From the NCBI GenBank assembly GCA_951406725.2, contig OX597823.1:84754001-84818000 (forward strand): a stretch of DNA of 64,000 nt, given 5' to 3'. The notes under the pieces are model-generated. The model saw only the letters and a program-made list of their open reading frames with translations, made no database searches and had not been told where the DNA came from. The DNA is from Octopus vulgaris (taxonomy: Eukaryota). Numbering within the stretch: position 1 is the first letter of the stretch; each line of letters begins with the position of its first letter. The translations under genes and the position numbers were made by a program. Positions 15,468 to 29,129 of the stretch are shown piece by piece.

Positions 15468-15800
15468 TTTGACGAACCGCTAATTTATTTTAACGACACG
15501 TTTGATGATCGTTATGTTATTTTATCGATCTCCTTTGGCGAACCGCTAGGTTATTTTATCGAAATCCTTTGGCGACCTACTAATTTATTTTATCGGATAG
15601 CTTTTGCAAATCACTAAGTTATTTTATGGAATCCCTTTGGCGAAGCGCTAAGTTATTTTATCCATCTCCTTTGGCGAACCGCTAATTTATTTTATCTATC
15701 ACGATTGACGAACCGGTAAGTTATTTTATAGATGTCGTTCGGCGAAGCGCTAAGTCATTTTATCGATCACGTTTGGCGGACCGCTAAGTTATTTTATCGA
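15468..15800. repeat. Minisatellite, ~34-bp unit x ~10, derived from SINE family B
   Basis: The unit CGCTAAGTTATTTTATCGATCTCCTTTGGCGAAC is a circular permutation of the SINE segment TATTCTATCGGTCTCTTTTGCCGAACCGCTAAGT (51961-51994). Confidence 0.85.
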
Positions 15801-16519
15801 GAGAGATAGAAAAAGATTGAGTGTAAGACAATGCGCTGGAGAGTCCGAGAGAAAGTAAGAGTAAGAGAGTGGGAAAGTGAAAAAGAAAGGAGAGAAAAAC
15901 AAAGAGGGAGAATGTGGCGATAAGAAACAGAAAGGAAGCAGCAGCAGAAAGTAACAACCACATCCTCACCCTCGCATAGAGCGGATCACCTTAAATAGTC
16001 TATCTATACACACACACACACATGCACACATATATAGATATATTGATATATACATACATACATATTCATAACTATAAATATATTTGTATGTAAGTGTGTG
16101 TTCTTGCGCGCGCGCGTGTGCAGATAAGACGAGCCTCCGTCCTCAAAGATTCCATCTTTGAACTTCTCTGTAGTAAAATCTGAAATGTAAAACCATCTCT
16201 ACCGTGATAACGGAGCCTCGTCTAATCCAATGCTGATTATAACCATTACGTTCACATACTCTGATGAATCTCACCTACCAGCATTGTCATCGATACCTGA
16301 GCTTCCAGAAACAGCTGTTGGATTTATAACCGCTTTCTTCCACCGCTTTAATTTTCTTTGCCCCTTGTACTCTGGGTAAGTTGGACTTATTAATAATATA
16401 AATATCTATATAGTTATACTTAAAAATTTATATTCTGAAAGTCCCCATTTTTTGCTTTCTCTTGTCTTGTGTGTATACACATATATTTAATATATGTAAT
16501 TTGTTTATCCGCATAATTG

Positions 16520-16555
<36 letters not shown>

Positions 16556-16603
16556 TATATATATATTAACATGTCGTATGTCCAAATTTGGACAAATTCG
16601 TTT

Positions 16604-16653
<50 letters not shown>

Positions 16654-16757
16654 GAGGCAAATTTTTATTCTCATAGTGTTTCCTGCAACCGTGCGTTTTC
16701 TTTCTTTTTCATTTTAATAAGCATTCACAATTTCAGAGTTGTTCATATTTAACAAAT

Positions 16758-17020
16758 AAAAAATAATAAATGCACCCTTTTAAAGCCTAACCAGGCTCAT
16801 TGGGCTGGTTTCCCGGTTTCTATGGTGTATGTGTTCCCCAGTTGGACGGAACACCAGTCCATCGCAGCGTTAATCATTTTTGCCAGTTGAGAGTGAACTG
16901 GAGCAACCTGAAATGAAGTGTTTTGCTCAAGAACACAACGCGTCGCTGGGTCCAGGAGTCGAAACCACAATCTTACGATCATGATGCTGACACCCTAGCC
17001 ACTAAGCCACGCGCCTCCAC
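16758..17020 (-). mobile_element. tRNA-derived SINE, family D (V-domain-like core), with TSD
   Basis: Head GTGGAGGCGCGTGGCTTAGTGG...GGTTTCGACTCC and core TGCGATGGACTGG..TCCGTCCA. Flanked by ATTTAACAAAT / ATTTGACAAAT. Confidence 0.8.
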
Positions 17021-17321
17021 ATTTGACAAATGGCTAGGCTTATATTTCTCAACTGCAACTGACACTGCACCATGGTGAAAAACGTCATGAATGACATTTA
17101 AAACATGCACGCACACACATCACACATCACATACACACATAGACACACACACATATCCTCTCACATTCGTTATTGATTTATTCATTATTTGATAGCTTTG
17201 TGTATTATAATTTATCAACACATTCCATCGAATATCAACAGCATTGTAATGTGTCAAGGACCTGGTCGTAGATTTACGTGGAAACATTTCTGTTACTATG
17301 TAATATACATTACCGAGTAAT

Positions 17322-17681
17322 GTGGAGGCGCAATGGCCTAATGGTTAGGGTAGCAGACTTGCGGCCGTAGGATCATGGTTTCGATTCCCAAACCGGGCGT
17401 TGTGAGTATTTATTGCGAGAAATTACCTTAGGCTCTGGCACTATCTCTAAACCATGCTGTATCCTTTATCTCACTCTTTCTCCCTGTTTCTGTTGTATCT
17501 GTATTTCAAAGGGCCAGCCTCGTCACAGTCTGTGTCACGCTGAATCTCCCCGAGAACTACGTTAAAGGCACACGTGTCTGTGGAGTGCTCAGCCACTTGC
17601 ACGTTAATTTCACGAGCAGACTGTTCCGTTGATCAGATCAGCTGGAGCCCTCGTCGCCTTAGCCGACGGTGTGCCACGACA
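17322..17681 (+). mobile_element. Full-length SINE family A
   Basis: TGGCCTAATGGTTAGGG...GACTTGCGG...GGTTTCGATTCCC resembles tRNA-Arg. Collinear with 873-1262 and flanked by a short GAGTAAT direct repeat. Confidence 0.85.
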
Positions 17682-18296
17682 GAGTAATAAATCACATGTG
17701 TGTGTGTGTGTGTATTGTTGCTATTATGCAAAAGAGTCGCAAGTTCAAACGGTTTTATTTTTTACAGAAAACGAAAAGATAGTTTCACCATTCCATTGCA
17801 AAACCGTTGTAAAAAATTTGACAATTTTGATATCTTAGCAGCTGAAGCAGTTAGAAAAATACGATAGCTTGACCGAAAGAACCAGTTATTGCAAGTAAGA
17901 ATAAACATTGAAATAAAAAAAAAACAAATTTGGACATACGACATTTTAACATAATAGCAAAAAATTATTATTTTTTTTCTTTTTGGATGCGTATCCTATC
18001 TTACAGCCAAGAAACCAATATTTCGGACGCTGTGTGGCCGTGGAAACAGAATATAGATTGGGTATTTTTACGCCTATATGACGGAAAATGTTGTCTGCAG
18101 CAAGCCACAGACCTCGAACCCGCTCCTCCCAAATACTGAGTGCGCACTCTTCCAATTAAGCTAAACTGCCTGCTAACTACGTATTCTGCCTAATCAATGT
18201 AAATATATAACTTCTTTTGAAATGCATCAACATATATAAATATATATATGTGTGTGTGTGTGAGGGAGAGAGAGAGAGAGACAGATAGATAGATAA

Positions 18297-18353
<57 letters not shown>

Positions 18354-18374
18354 AAGACAGAAAGTATCCTTTAT

Positions 18375-18592
18375 CTCTTTTATGTTTCTGTCATTAGACT
18401 ACGGCTACGCTGGAGCACTGCCTTGAAGAATGTTCGTTAAACGATCTGATCTCAGTATTTGTTACTTATTCTATTGATTCATTTGGGCGAACTACTAAGT
18501 TATGGGAAGGTAAACACACCAACAACAGTTGTCAAGCGGAAGTAGGGGACCGAAACACAGGGCCGCGTGCGCAGGCGCGCTCGCACACACAA

Positions 18593-18674
<82 letters not shown>

Positions 18675-18868
18675 TGAAGAGCTTCTTTCAGTTTCTGTCT
18701 ACCAAATCCACTCACAAGGCTTTGATCGGCCAAAGATTATAGCAGAAAACTCTTGCCCAAGGTGACATGCAAAGAGTCACATAAAGTGCCGTGTAAAGTG
18801 CCACGGAGTGGCACTGTACCCGGTCCCAAGTATTTCGGAAGCGAACATTTTACCACTCAACCAAATCC
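18375..18868 (-). mobile_element. SINE family B (tRNA-like head, internal (CA)n/(TA)n tract)
   Basis: Shares the GTCTACCAAATCCACTCACAAGGCTTTG and GCTGGAGCAC blocks with many other copies. Confidence 0.75.
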
Positions 18869-18940
18869 ACACACACACACACACATACACATAAACACAA
18901 ATATATATATATATATATATATTATTATTATTATATATAT

Positions 18941-18973
<33 letters not shown>

Positions 18974-19057
18974 GAGCGAAAGAGAGAGAGAAAGAAAGAG
19001 ATAAGATGAAAAGCACAGAAGATTTGTTTTACAGGATTTAAGAGAATATTAGAGCCA

Positions 19058-19472
19058 TTCTTTTATTCTTTTATTCTTAAATTTGTTTCAGTCATGTGAC
19101 TGTGGACATGCTGGAGCGCCACCTTTTAGTCGATCAAATCGACCCCAGGACATATTCCTTGTAAGCCTAGTACTTATTCTATCGGACTCTTTTTGCCAAA
19201 CCGCTAAGTTACGGGGACGTAAACGCACCAGCATCGGTTGTCAAGCGTATTTGGGGGCACAAACACAGGCACACAAAAACACATACACACACACATATAT
19301 ATACATATATACGGTAGAATTCTTCAGTTTCCGTCTACCAAATCCACTCACAAAGCTTTGGACGGTCCGAAGCTATAGTAGAAGACACTTGTCCAAGGTG
19401 CCACGCAGTTGGACTGAATCCGGAACCGTGTGGTTGGTAAACAAGCTACTTACCACACAGCCACTCCTGCGC
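19058..19472 (-). mobile_element. Full-length SINE family B
   Basis: Minus strand reads GCGCAGGAGTGGCTGTGTGGTAAG...GGATTCAGTCC..CTGCGTGGCACCTTGGACAAGTGTCTTC...GTAACTTAGCGG...CTCCAGCATG..CAGTC..ATGACTGAAAC, followed by an (AATAAAAG)n tail. Confidence 0.88.
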
Positions 19473-19517
19473 TTATTTTCTTTTTACCCAAAGCCAGGAA
19501 CTTTTCAGCACCCCTAC

Positions 19518-19757
19518 ATACCTATTTCTTTACTACCCACAAGGGGCTAAACGCAGAGGGGACAATCAAGGACAGACAGACGGATTAAGTCGATTACATC
19601 GACCCCAGTGCGTAACGGGTACTTAATTTATCGACCCCGAAAGGATGAAAGGCAAAGTCGATCTCGGCGGAATTTGAACTCAGAGCGTAACGGCAGACGA
19701 AATACGGCTACGCATTTCGCCCGGCGTGTTAACGTTTCTGCCACCTTTCCGCCACCT
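19518..19757 (-). mobile_element. SINE family C
   Basis: Family C core and tail, ending in the AAAGAAATAG|GTA junction. Confidence 0.8.
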
Positions 19758-20139
19758 TCCAGCACTCCTACATACCATCTATCTGAAATATAGCTATGAG
19801 CACAACCGTACGGTCGTAGTACCCAGGTAGCAGCATTTGTGACATACCAACAAGTGAGAAATATTTTCTAGTTGCTGTCTATGTTTCAGGCGAAAATGAA
19901 GATATGTCAGCCTTGTTAATATAAACAACTGAGGGTTGCATCGAACGATCTCTACCAAATTCTTAGACTCTTGAGTAGGTTTCGATTCAGGTTAAGAGAT
20001 TTTATCCTCTCATGAGCACGGTTATGTAAAGCTTGTTGCCATACTCATACAAGGACATATATAATATTCATACACACATTCACACATATGTGCACGTATA
20101 ATATATATACATACGTATAGATATGCATTTATAAATAGT

Positions 20140-20200
<61 letters not shown>

Positions 20201-20257
20201 AATATATATATATATATATATATATATTTGCTGAACATATACATATACATATACATG

Positions 20258-20335
<78 letters not shown>

Positions 20336-20525
20336 CATATATATACATGTATATGTTCAGCAAAATCTTTTAATTAAATGGACGATGTACATTTTTATAC
20401 TTATTTCATTTACCAACATTACAATGAGGGTAGATATATAGACAAAGAGGTTAATTTCATTATTAAAAACATGGTAGTAGAAGGAAGTTCGCCATCTTTA
20501 GATTTTATATATATATATATGTATG

Positions 20526-20556
<31 letters not shown>

Positions 20557-20837
20557 TCACAAACACGCGCGCGCACACAAAAACCCTCAAACACACTTAC
20601 ATATACATTAGGTAATTCTTATTCTTTGAAGAGAATGGAGTTGTACCAACATCCTCCTTATTAATTCTCTCCAATTGAATACTTCACTCTCAGATATGCC
20701 TCTAAGTTTCCAACGATAAACTTTAAACACATTTCCCATCTACTATCGTTTATTTCTTTTGCCTTTAAATTCATTTAATTTTTTTTTCACCAGTTTTCCA
20801 CATCTTGTGCTGTTTGATTAATTATCTAATTTACTTT

Positions 20838-20868
<31 letters not shown>

Positions 20869-21501
20869 TTGTGTTCTTTTTTTTCTAAATATTATTAACC
20901 ACGATGAATAACCCAGATAAGCATTCTATTGTTATGATTTGTTAAGAATTGGTCTCGTTCTTTCATTGCTAATGACAGCTTCAAAGAATAGTTTGTTGGG
21001 AGTAAACTGAGGGACAAAAGGCGGGGTATTATGAAGGCGGGAGAAAATTTCAATGGAAAACCGCGATTGAAATATAAGAAGATTGCTTCCGGTGATACAT
21101 GTCAGATGGGCGCTGAAGTTACATATGCGCACACTTTCACGCAGCACGTACATACGCTCACGCACAAAAGTATCTATGCACTTACGAAGCTGAGCCGTTA
21201 CATAGATATAAAACGTCTTTATAAAACGGCAATGAGAAAGGTCGGTGCGTGGGGCTTGGGAAAGAAAAAATAAGAAATAGTAAAAAAAAATATAAATGGA
21301 GATAGGGAGCGCAAAATAAATATAAGGTCTTTATAAACAATTAAGAAAGCCCCTAAATAGGTTTGAGGGCATTGACAAGCAAATCTGGCTTGTCATTTGC
21401 AGGCGAATGTATAAACTAATGGTGATTTTTCGTTGTGTTTGTATGTTTTTAATTCTTTTTTCCTTTATCCGATATTCTTTAGATAAGCTTCACCGACACC
21501 T

Positions 21502-21533
<32 letters not shown>

Positions 21534-22501
21534 ATCAACACCAATATACACACGACCATTAACACATCCACCATCAACCACCATCACATTAATGCCATTC
21601 ACTCACACACACAAAAAAGAAAAGAAAAGAAAAGAGAAAAGGAGGGAAAAAACAATAAGGTACGAGATAAAGAAAACTCGTGTGGGTGAGGGCTGGGGAT
21701 CTCGCCTTTTCCGCTTTTTTTCTTCTTCATTGGTGATTATCATTATTCTGCATAAAAAGTTAATTCTGTTGTTACTAACTCTGCTGGAAGGCCAAGGAAT
21801 CATTCCTTAATCTAGTCCTGAATATCTAATCCAATTCTCAATTAAACTTTACTCCTTGTATACATATATATTTGTTCGATTCTTCGCTGTTTTTTGTTGT
21901 TGTCAGTTTTAGTTAAGTTATTTTTGTTTTACACCATTATTTTTTGTTCTCTTTCTAATCTCACCCAAACAATGCCATTATTTCGTTATTCTTTCATTCC
22001 ATTATTCCCAAGTCAAGAGAACAAAATTGAAACATCATGTCGTTCACGAAAACCAATACCAAAATTGGTCGCGAAATAAAGGGATTCTTTGGTAGGGTGT
22101 GTTGAATGGATTGGAGTGTCCTGAATTAAATAGAAGTTCCATGACAAAGTAGTGTATGTTTAACGAATATCTGTATGTGAATCAGATTGCAATTTTCTGT
22201 GTATAATTATATGTGTGCGAATGTGTGTGTGTGTATATGTGTGTGTGTGTGGTGGGGATAGACACGTTTATGTACAGCCGTGTGCATGAGTATATATATA
22301 TAAAATGATTATATACTATGTAAAGCTGTATGCGGTAGCGTTTGTGAATATGTATGTGTACAGACATCACGATTATATATAAATTGAATACGAGGATTTG
22401 CAGTACATGTATACACACACATACATACATACTTACAGACAGACAGACAAACATACACTAGCACCAGCAAAATTATAATTTGTAAAAACTAAAATCAGTT
22501 T

Positions 22502-23252
22502 CGACGACGTGGGTTCCAGTTGATCCGATCAACGGAACGGCCTGCTCGTGAAAGTAACGTGCATACGGCTGAGCATTCCACAGACGCCCTTAAAATAGTC
22601 CTCGGGAAGATTCAGTGTGACACAGAATGTGACAGGACTGGCCAATTTCTAATCGAGATGGGTGCAGGGGTGGCTGTGTGGTAAGAAGCTTGCTTCCCAA
22701 AGGCGATGAGCTGGCAGAAACGTTAGCACGCCGGGCGGAATGCTTAGCGGTATTTCGTCTGCCGTTACATTCTGAGTTCAAATTATGCCGAGGTCGACTT
22801 TGCCTTTCATCCTTTCGGGGTCGATTAAATAAGTAGCAGTTACGCATTGGAATCGATATAATCGACTTAATCCGTTTGTCTGTCCTTGTTTGTCCTCTCT
22901 GTGTTTAGCCCCTTGTGGGTAGTAAAGAAATAGGTATCTCGTCTGTCTTTACGTTGAGTTCAAATTTCGCCGAGGTCGACTTTGCCTTTTATCCTCTCGG
23001 GATCGATAAATTAAGTACCAGTTACGCACTGGAGGCGATGTAATCAACTTAACCTCTTTGTCTGTCTTTGTTTGTCCCCTCTATGTTTAGCCCCTTGTGG
23101 GCAATAAAGAAATAAGGAGCTTGCTTCCCAACCACATGGTTCCGGGTTCAGTACATCCGCGTGGTACCTTCGGCAAGTGTCTTCTACTATAACTTCTGGC
23201 CGACCAATGCCTTGCGAGTGGATTTGGTTGACAGAAACTGAAAGAAGCCCGT

Positions 23253-23309
<57 letters not shown>

Positions 23310-23368
23310 TGTGTGTCTCTTATTGTCCCCCCATCATTGCTTGACAACCGATACTGGTGTGTTTATGT
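22502..23368. mobile_element. Nested SINE cluster: family A 3' fragment (-), then family B (+) interrupted by a family C dimer (+, 22701-23117)
   Basis: The family C dimer is bounded by the 14-bp TSD AGCTTGCTTCCCAA (22687-22700 and 23118-23131), which lies inside the family B head. Confidence 0.88.
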
Positions 23369-24007
23369 TTTTAAGAAAAAAATAGTTATTTAACGGTACA
23401 AAGCATTCAGCCGGTATCTGAGAGGCATTGGGTTCGATTCTCTGTACTCGGCAGCTAGCAAACTTTTTCAATTATAATTGACATGGTTTGCGCAGAGCCA
23501 GTCCTCTTTTCCCGTCCTTCAAATTTGTATTGGCCGGGTGCAACATCCAGTAGTTATCAAGATGTAGGATTTTTATGCGATTGCCTTCTCTTACAGCTTA
23601 AAATCTGAAGGCCCTCACCCACTCCAGGGTCGTTTGGTTGTCTGTCAGTGAGATCCTTCCTGGGGCAATTGCGCGACATAATAATTAACCACAGATAGGA
23701 CTATGACAAGTGCAACTGCTCCGGGTCTGAGTAGACTTCAAAACAACAATGGCTTAGGTAATGGGACCCTGTTTCCTCAACCGAAACAGGGCCCCATTAC
23801 AAGGATTAGTTTGAAGTCGTGCTCGGGACAATGAGGGACCCCACTATCGAGGGGTCCCACTACGTGGTTATTCCCTCAACTAGAAATAGCAAAACCATGC
23901 CTTAATCTTGTGTGTGTGTGTGTGTGTGTGTATGTGTGGTTGTACATATGCATTTGTGTCTTGTGTCTGTGTTCGTCCCATCACCACCACCACCACCACC
24001 ACCACCA

Positions 24008-24520
24008 GAGTTGAAGATCAGTGAAATAGAGAACAGTTACGCGGAGCAATTGAGAAGCCTGCAGGTACTCTATCCAGATTACAAGTTCAGGTTTATACCT
24101 GTAATTATTGGGGCACTGAGATATGAAACACACTGCCTAAATGTCAATCTTGAGAAATTAGGCTTCTCAAAACCAGAAAGGAGAAAGCTAATTTGAAGAC
24201 TACAGATCCAATCCGTCATTGGAGGTGTAAAAATCTGTAAAATTTTTCAGAAGTTCATCATTTAAGTATATATGAGCATGTATAGATATGCAACTATATG
24301 CATGAGAATATATACCTAAAACATACAATTCTGCACATACATACATACATACATACATACATACATACATACATACATACATACATACATACATACATAC
24401 ATACATACAAACAAAAATGCCCTGTTGTTGATGTTGAAATTCCAATGAAGGAGTCTTGAATCTAGATTAGAAACCGGCTCTGTCTCTATTGGCAAGAAAT
24501 CTTGAAATAAAACTGAACGA
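24008..24520 (+). mobile_element. 3' fragment of an RLE-type (R4/Dong-like) non-LTR retrotransposon
   Basis: ELKISEIENSYAEQLRSLQVLYPDYKFRFIPVIIGALRYETHCLNVNLEKLGFSKPERRKLI*RLQIQSVIGGVKICKIFQKFII* resembles the K..Y..L......P(I/V)(V/I)IGALG C-terminus of restriction-like endonuclease LINEs. The 3' UTR contains (CATA)n and is followed by (CATA)n. Confidence 0.75.
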
Positions 24521-24927
24521 TGATATACATACATACATACGTACATACATACAAACAAACCAGAGAGACAAAGACGTAAGATGCCTCGTAACTAGAATGA
24601 ATCGAGGACCATGTTGTAACTAACGTAAAGTTTCATAAACGTACAGCAAATATGATAAACTCAGTCATATATCTCTAACGACATAGCTGTTTTCTTCTGT
24701 TTCGGCGTTGCTTTGCCGTCGTGTGAATGGGTGCAGACGTGGGTAAACGTGTGTATGTATGTGTGTAAGTGTGTGTGTGTGTTAGTTTATGCATGTTAAT
24801 TCTGTATCAATACGTATATTTACATGTGTGCATACATCTATATGCTTTGCTTGTGTATATATATATCAGTCTATCTACCTCCTCGGTTACGCTGTCATTC
24901 TTCCTCGCCCACTTTCTATTTCCCTTC

Positions 24928-24958
<31 letters not shown>

Positions 24959-24966
24959 TCATTCAT

Positions 24967-25026
<60 letters not shown>

Positions 25027-25234
25027 CCTGCATATAAATAATATAACTTAAAATGTTATATGCTATACTATAAACATCAATAATATATATACGTATATTC
25101 ATGTGTGAACATATATATATATATACACATATATATACAGATATATACATATACATATATATATATATATATTTATATTTATGTATATATATATGTATAT
25201 ATATATACATATATATATACACATACATATATAC

Positions 25235-25273
<39 letters not shown>

Positions 25274-25742
25274 CACACATACACACACACATATATGTAT
25301 ATATATGTTGATGCGTGTGCAAGCATATGCACTGACGGATGCATGTGATTTTGCATGTGTATGCTTGTGACATGAGTAAGAAAAGAGGATGACTCCCTTT
25401 ATCAGTAGAGAACATTGTTAAAAATGACATTTGAGAGAATAACTTTCGTTTTGATGTTGTATTAATCTTAATAAAGAATAACATTTAGCATTCTGATCAT
25501 TATGAGAGGAAATAAAACCAGAAGAACACACAAAAAAAAAAACTTATGAACAAAATATAGAAAATACCTGACTAATTAGCTCGGAGAATGAAAGAAATTA
25601 ATGAGACGAATGAACGAGAAATACAGTACGCTCATAGAAGCACGTAGAGAGATACATACGTGCGATACCATACGTACATACATGCATACATACAGGCAGA
25701 TACACGCACGCACACACACATATATATATATATACATGCATA

Positions 25743-25791
<49 letters not shown>

Positions 25792-25996
25792 TTATTTAGT
25801 ACATCCATACATACAGCCATTCATCTACACATACAGACTGACAAACACCTATATATATAGCTGTATACTTACGTAATTTCATATATACATACACATATAC
25901 ATCTAACCATCGAAAAACCAATTCTTTTATACTTAAGTATATTCATACAAACACATACATACATACGTACTTACATACATACATACATTCATACAT

Positions 25997-26049
<53 letters not shown>

Positions 26050-26143
26050 ATATAGATATATTATTTGCTTATATACATACACACATAAATACATACATAC
26101 ATACATACATACATACATACATACACACACACATATATGCATA

Positions 26144-26195
<52 letters not shown>

Positions 26196-26489
26196 TGTAT
26201 GCGTACGTGCTGTTTCCACTCTCTGATAATGATTTCTCAATATAAGTGAAGTTGAATTTCAAAGAGATTCTCTCCCTTTGAGTAGCAATTCCCTTGAATT
26301 TCACCACGTGTGTGCATATGTATATAGTTTATGGATGTGAGGCAAATATTCTCCGTACACATATGTATAAATGTATGGATGCGCATGTATTCTTACATAC
26401 ATACGTAAGCGCACCATAGTTTTGGGATCACCACTACTTTATTATCTCCCCTTCTTCCTAGCTCTTCTCTGTGGCCCCTCTGTCCGGCA

Positions 26490-27065
26490 TTCGCTATGAT
26501 AGATCGCTAGGCACTAAACCATTTAAAAAATTTTCTCTCCCTGTCTATTTCTGTGCTCCTTTCTGTCGAAGAGCGTACGCTCGAAACATAAAAGACTTTC
26601 TCACATACCGAGCGTTAAACTAATACATCTGTTTATTGTTCACGCATCCGTCTTTTGGGTGTTTTTGTGTAAATTCTAACTATATAAGGAGTGGCTGCGT
26701 GGTAAGTAACTTGCTTACTAGCCACATAGTTCTGGGTTCAGTCCTACTGCGGGGCACATTGGGCAAGTGTCTTCTACAATAGCTTCGGGACGACCAAAGC
26801 CTGGTAAGTGGATTTGGTAGATGAAAACTGAAAGAAGGCCGTCGTATATATGTATGTATGTATATATATTCGCCATGATAGATCGCTAGCCACTACACAT
26901 TCTTTATTTTCTTTCCTTGTTTCTTTTTGTGTTCCTTTCTGTGGAAGAGCTTAGGCTCAAAACGTTAAATACTTCTTCACTTCCCGAGCGTTAAACTAAT
27001 ACATCTGTTTGTTGTCTACACCATCTGTCCTCGTCTTTTGTGTGTTTTTTTTGTGAATTCTTCCT
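26490..27065 (+). repeat. Two copies of the GAAGAGCGTAGGCTCGAAAC repeat flanking a family B SINE head (26687-26847)
   Basis: CGC.ATGATAGATCGCTAG...TTTCTGT.GAAGAGC...CCGAGCGTTAAACTAATACATCTGTTT occurs twice. Confidence 0.75.
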
Positions 27066-27085
27066 ATATATATATATGTTTCTGC

Positions 27086-27127
<42 letters not shown>

Positions 27128-27188
27128 GTGTAGATAGATAGACAGATAGATAGATAGACAGATAGATAAATAGATAGATAGATATATG

Positions 27189-27252
<64 letters not shown>

Positions 27253-27822
27253 TAGGCGCAGGCGCGGCTGTGTGGTGAGAAGTTTGCTTCCCAGCCACAT
27301 GGTTTCAGATTCAGTCCACTCCGTGGCACCTTTGACACACGTCTCCTACTATAACCTCGTGCCCAGCACAGCTTTCTGACTGGATTTCAGAGACGAAAAC
27401 TGGAAGCCCGTTTTATATATATATATATACTAGCAGTATCGCCCGGCATTGCTCGGGTTTGTAAAGGAAATAACTATATAAGCATTTTTAGAGAGTTATA
27501 GCCAAAAAATAGCAAAAGAATGCATTAAAAATGGAAAAAAAGGATAGTAATTTTTTTTTAAATCGTTGACTCATCGTAGACATTTTTAGAGAGTTACTTC
27601 CCTTATATAATAGCGAATAAATGCATTAAAATGGAAAAAAATTATGATAAATTTTTTTTAAAATCGCAGACTCATCGTAGACGCGCGCTAATACCCAGAA
27701 GGGCTCGATATGAATCACGACTATAAGATACCCGGTTTTGGTTAAACTGCACCGCAAAATGTGGGAGTAGTTAGGAATCTAAATCGTAGGAGACAGACAC
27801 AGAACTTCTCTTTTATATATAA

Positions 27823-27870
<48 letters not shown>

Positions 27871-28222
27871 GATCTGAAAAGCAACAGTGGATGACAAAAC
27901 ATTCAGACAGTTAGACGATACAAAGACGGACAAGAGAAACAACATTGAGAAGGACAGGGGGAAAAAGGGTAGTCCATTCGTGGCCTTCTTTCATCGGTCA
28001 AGTGTATGTTTTATATGTACTTTTGTCCTCTATCACTGTTTGTGAACTGGTGCTGGTGTGTTTACATCCCCATAACGTAGCGGTTCGGTAAAGGAAGTTG
28101 ATAGAAAAAGGACGGAACTTTAAAAACACACAAGCTGTGGGAGCAATTCAATTACATGAAATTCTTCAACGCGGTGCCCCCGCATGATCGCTATCCAATG
28201 ATTGAACCAAGTATTATATAAA
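27253..28222 (+). mobile_element. SINE family B, split by insertions into its internal (TA)n tract
   Basis: Head at 27253-27410 and 3' half at ~28010-28222. Confidence 0.7.
27430..27825 (-). mobile_element. Non-autonomous Helitron
   Basis: Minus strand starts TC(TTTATATATAAAAG) and ends with the hairpin CCCGAGCAATGCCGGG followed by CTAG. It is inserted between A and T in a (TA)n tract with no TSD and has an ~100-bp internal direct repeat. Confidence 0.85.
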
Positions 28223-28996
28223 CGATAAAAGATACTGCACGACATCAATGATTGCTAGAAATAAGAGCCAAGATTTCTTATTGGAACATTATGCTCACAT
28301 AACTTAGTAAAACCCCCATGAAAATAAGTCGTGAAAAGCACATGAGACGTACCGACCTTATGACTACAGGCTAAACTCCTCAAAGTCATTACTTTGCACG
28401 AGCTAACCTAAACTTAATAACATTAGCAGCAACAATAATAACAACAAGAGCAATAGTAATAAGAAACACAACAAAGCAAGAAAAGTATTCTTCTTTCTCT
28501 ATATTCTGCATTTTTTAGTGCGAAATAATTGATCCTGTTTCTATATATCGTAATGACAATTTTTTTTTGATAAAAATAAAAGCTGCAATTATTAATATTA
28601 TTTGTAATTGCGTTATTAGCTGCTGCAGTTTTATTCCTCCTATGAGTTCATCTGACGAGAAACAAAAGGAGAACTAAATATCTCTTCAGAGATAATAGTA
28701 AATCTGAAAAATATATCATTTGTTTCGTCATGGGTAGGGGGTTTATACAGTGACAATGGCTAGAGGAAACATTCTTGTGCTAATGAATGGTTGAATAGTC
28801 AATAATGAAAGATTTATAATAGAACGTAAAGAAAGACGTTTAGAGATTCCTTCCAATAGAACGGATCAATACAAGATATATCTGTGTACGAGTGTGTGTG
28901 TATTCATAACTATATATCTACATATATATATATGTGTGTGTGTGACTGTATGTGTGTGTGTGTATGTATGTATATATATATGTATATATATATATT

Positions 28997-29099
<103 letters not shown>

Positions 29100-29129
29100 A
29101 GTATATATATATATATATATATATATATG

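Noticed and set aside
15468-15800. CRISPR-like regular repeats
   Set aside because: Units are contiguous and mutually homologous, with no unique spacers and no cas genes. The context is eukaryotic and the unit derives from a SINE.
17322-17395. Functional tRNA-Arg gene
   Set aside because: No acceptor-stem pairing, and it continues into a SINE body found in multiple copies.
28651-28675. CTGACGA-GAAAC hammerhead-like core
   Set aside because: No helix II, and no helix III or helix I pairing downstream.
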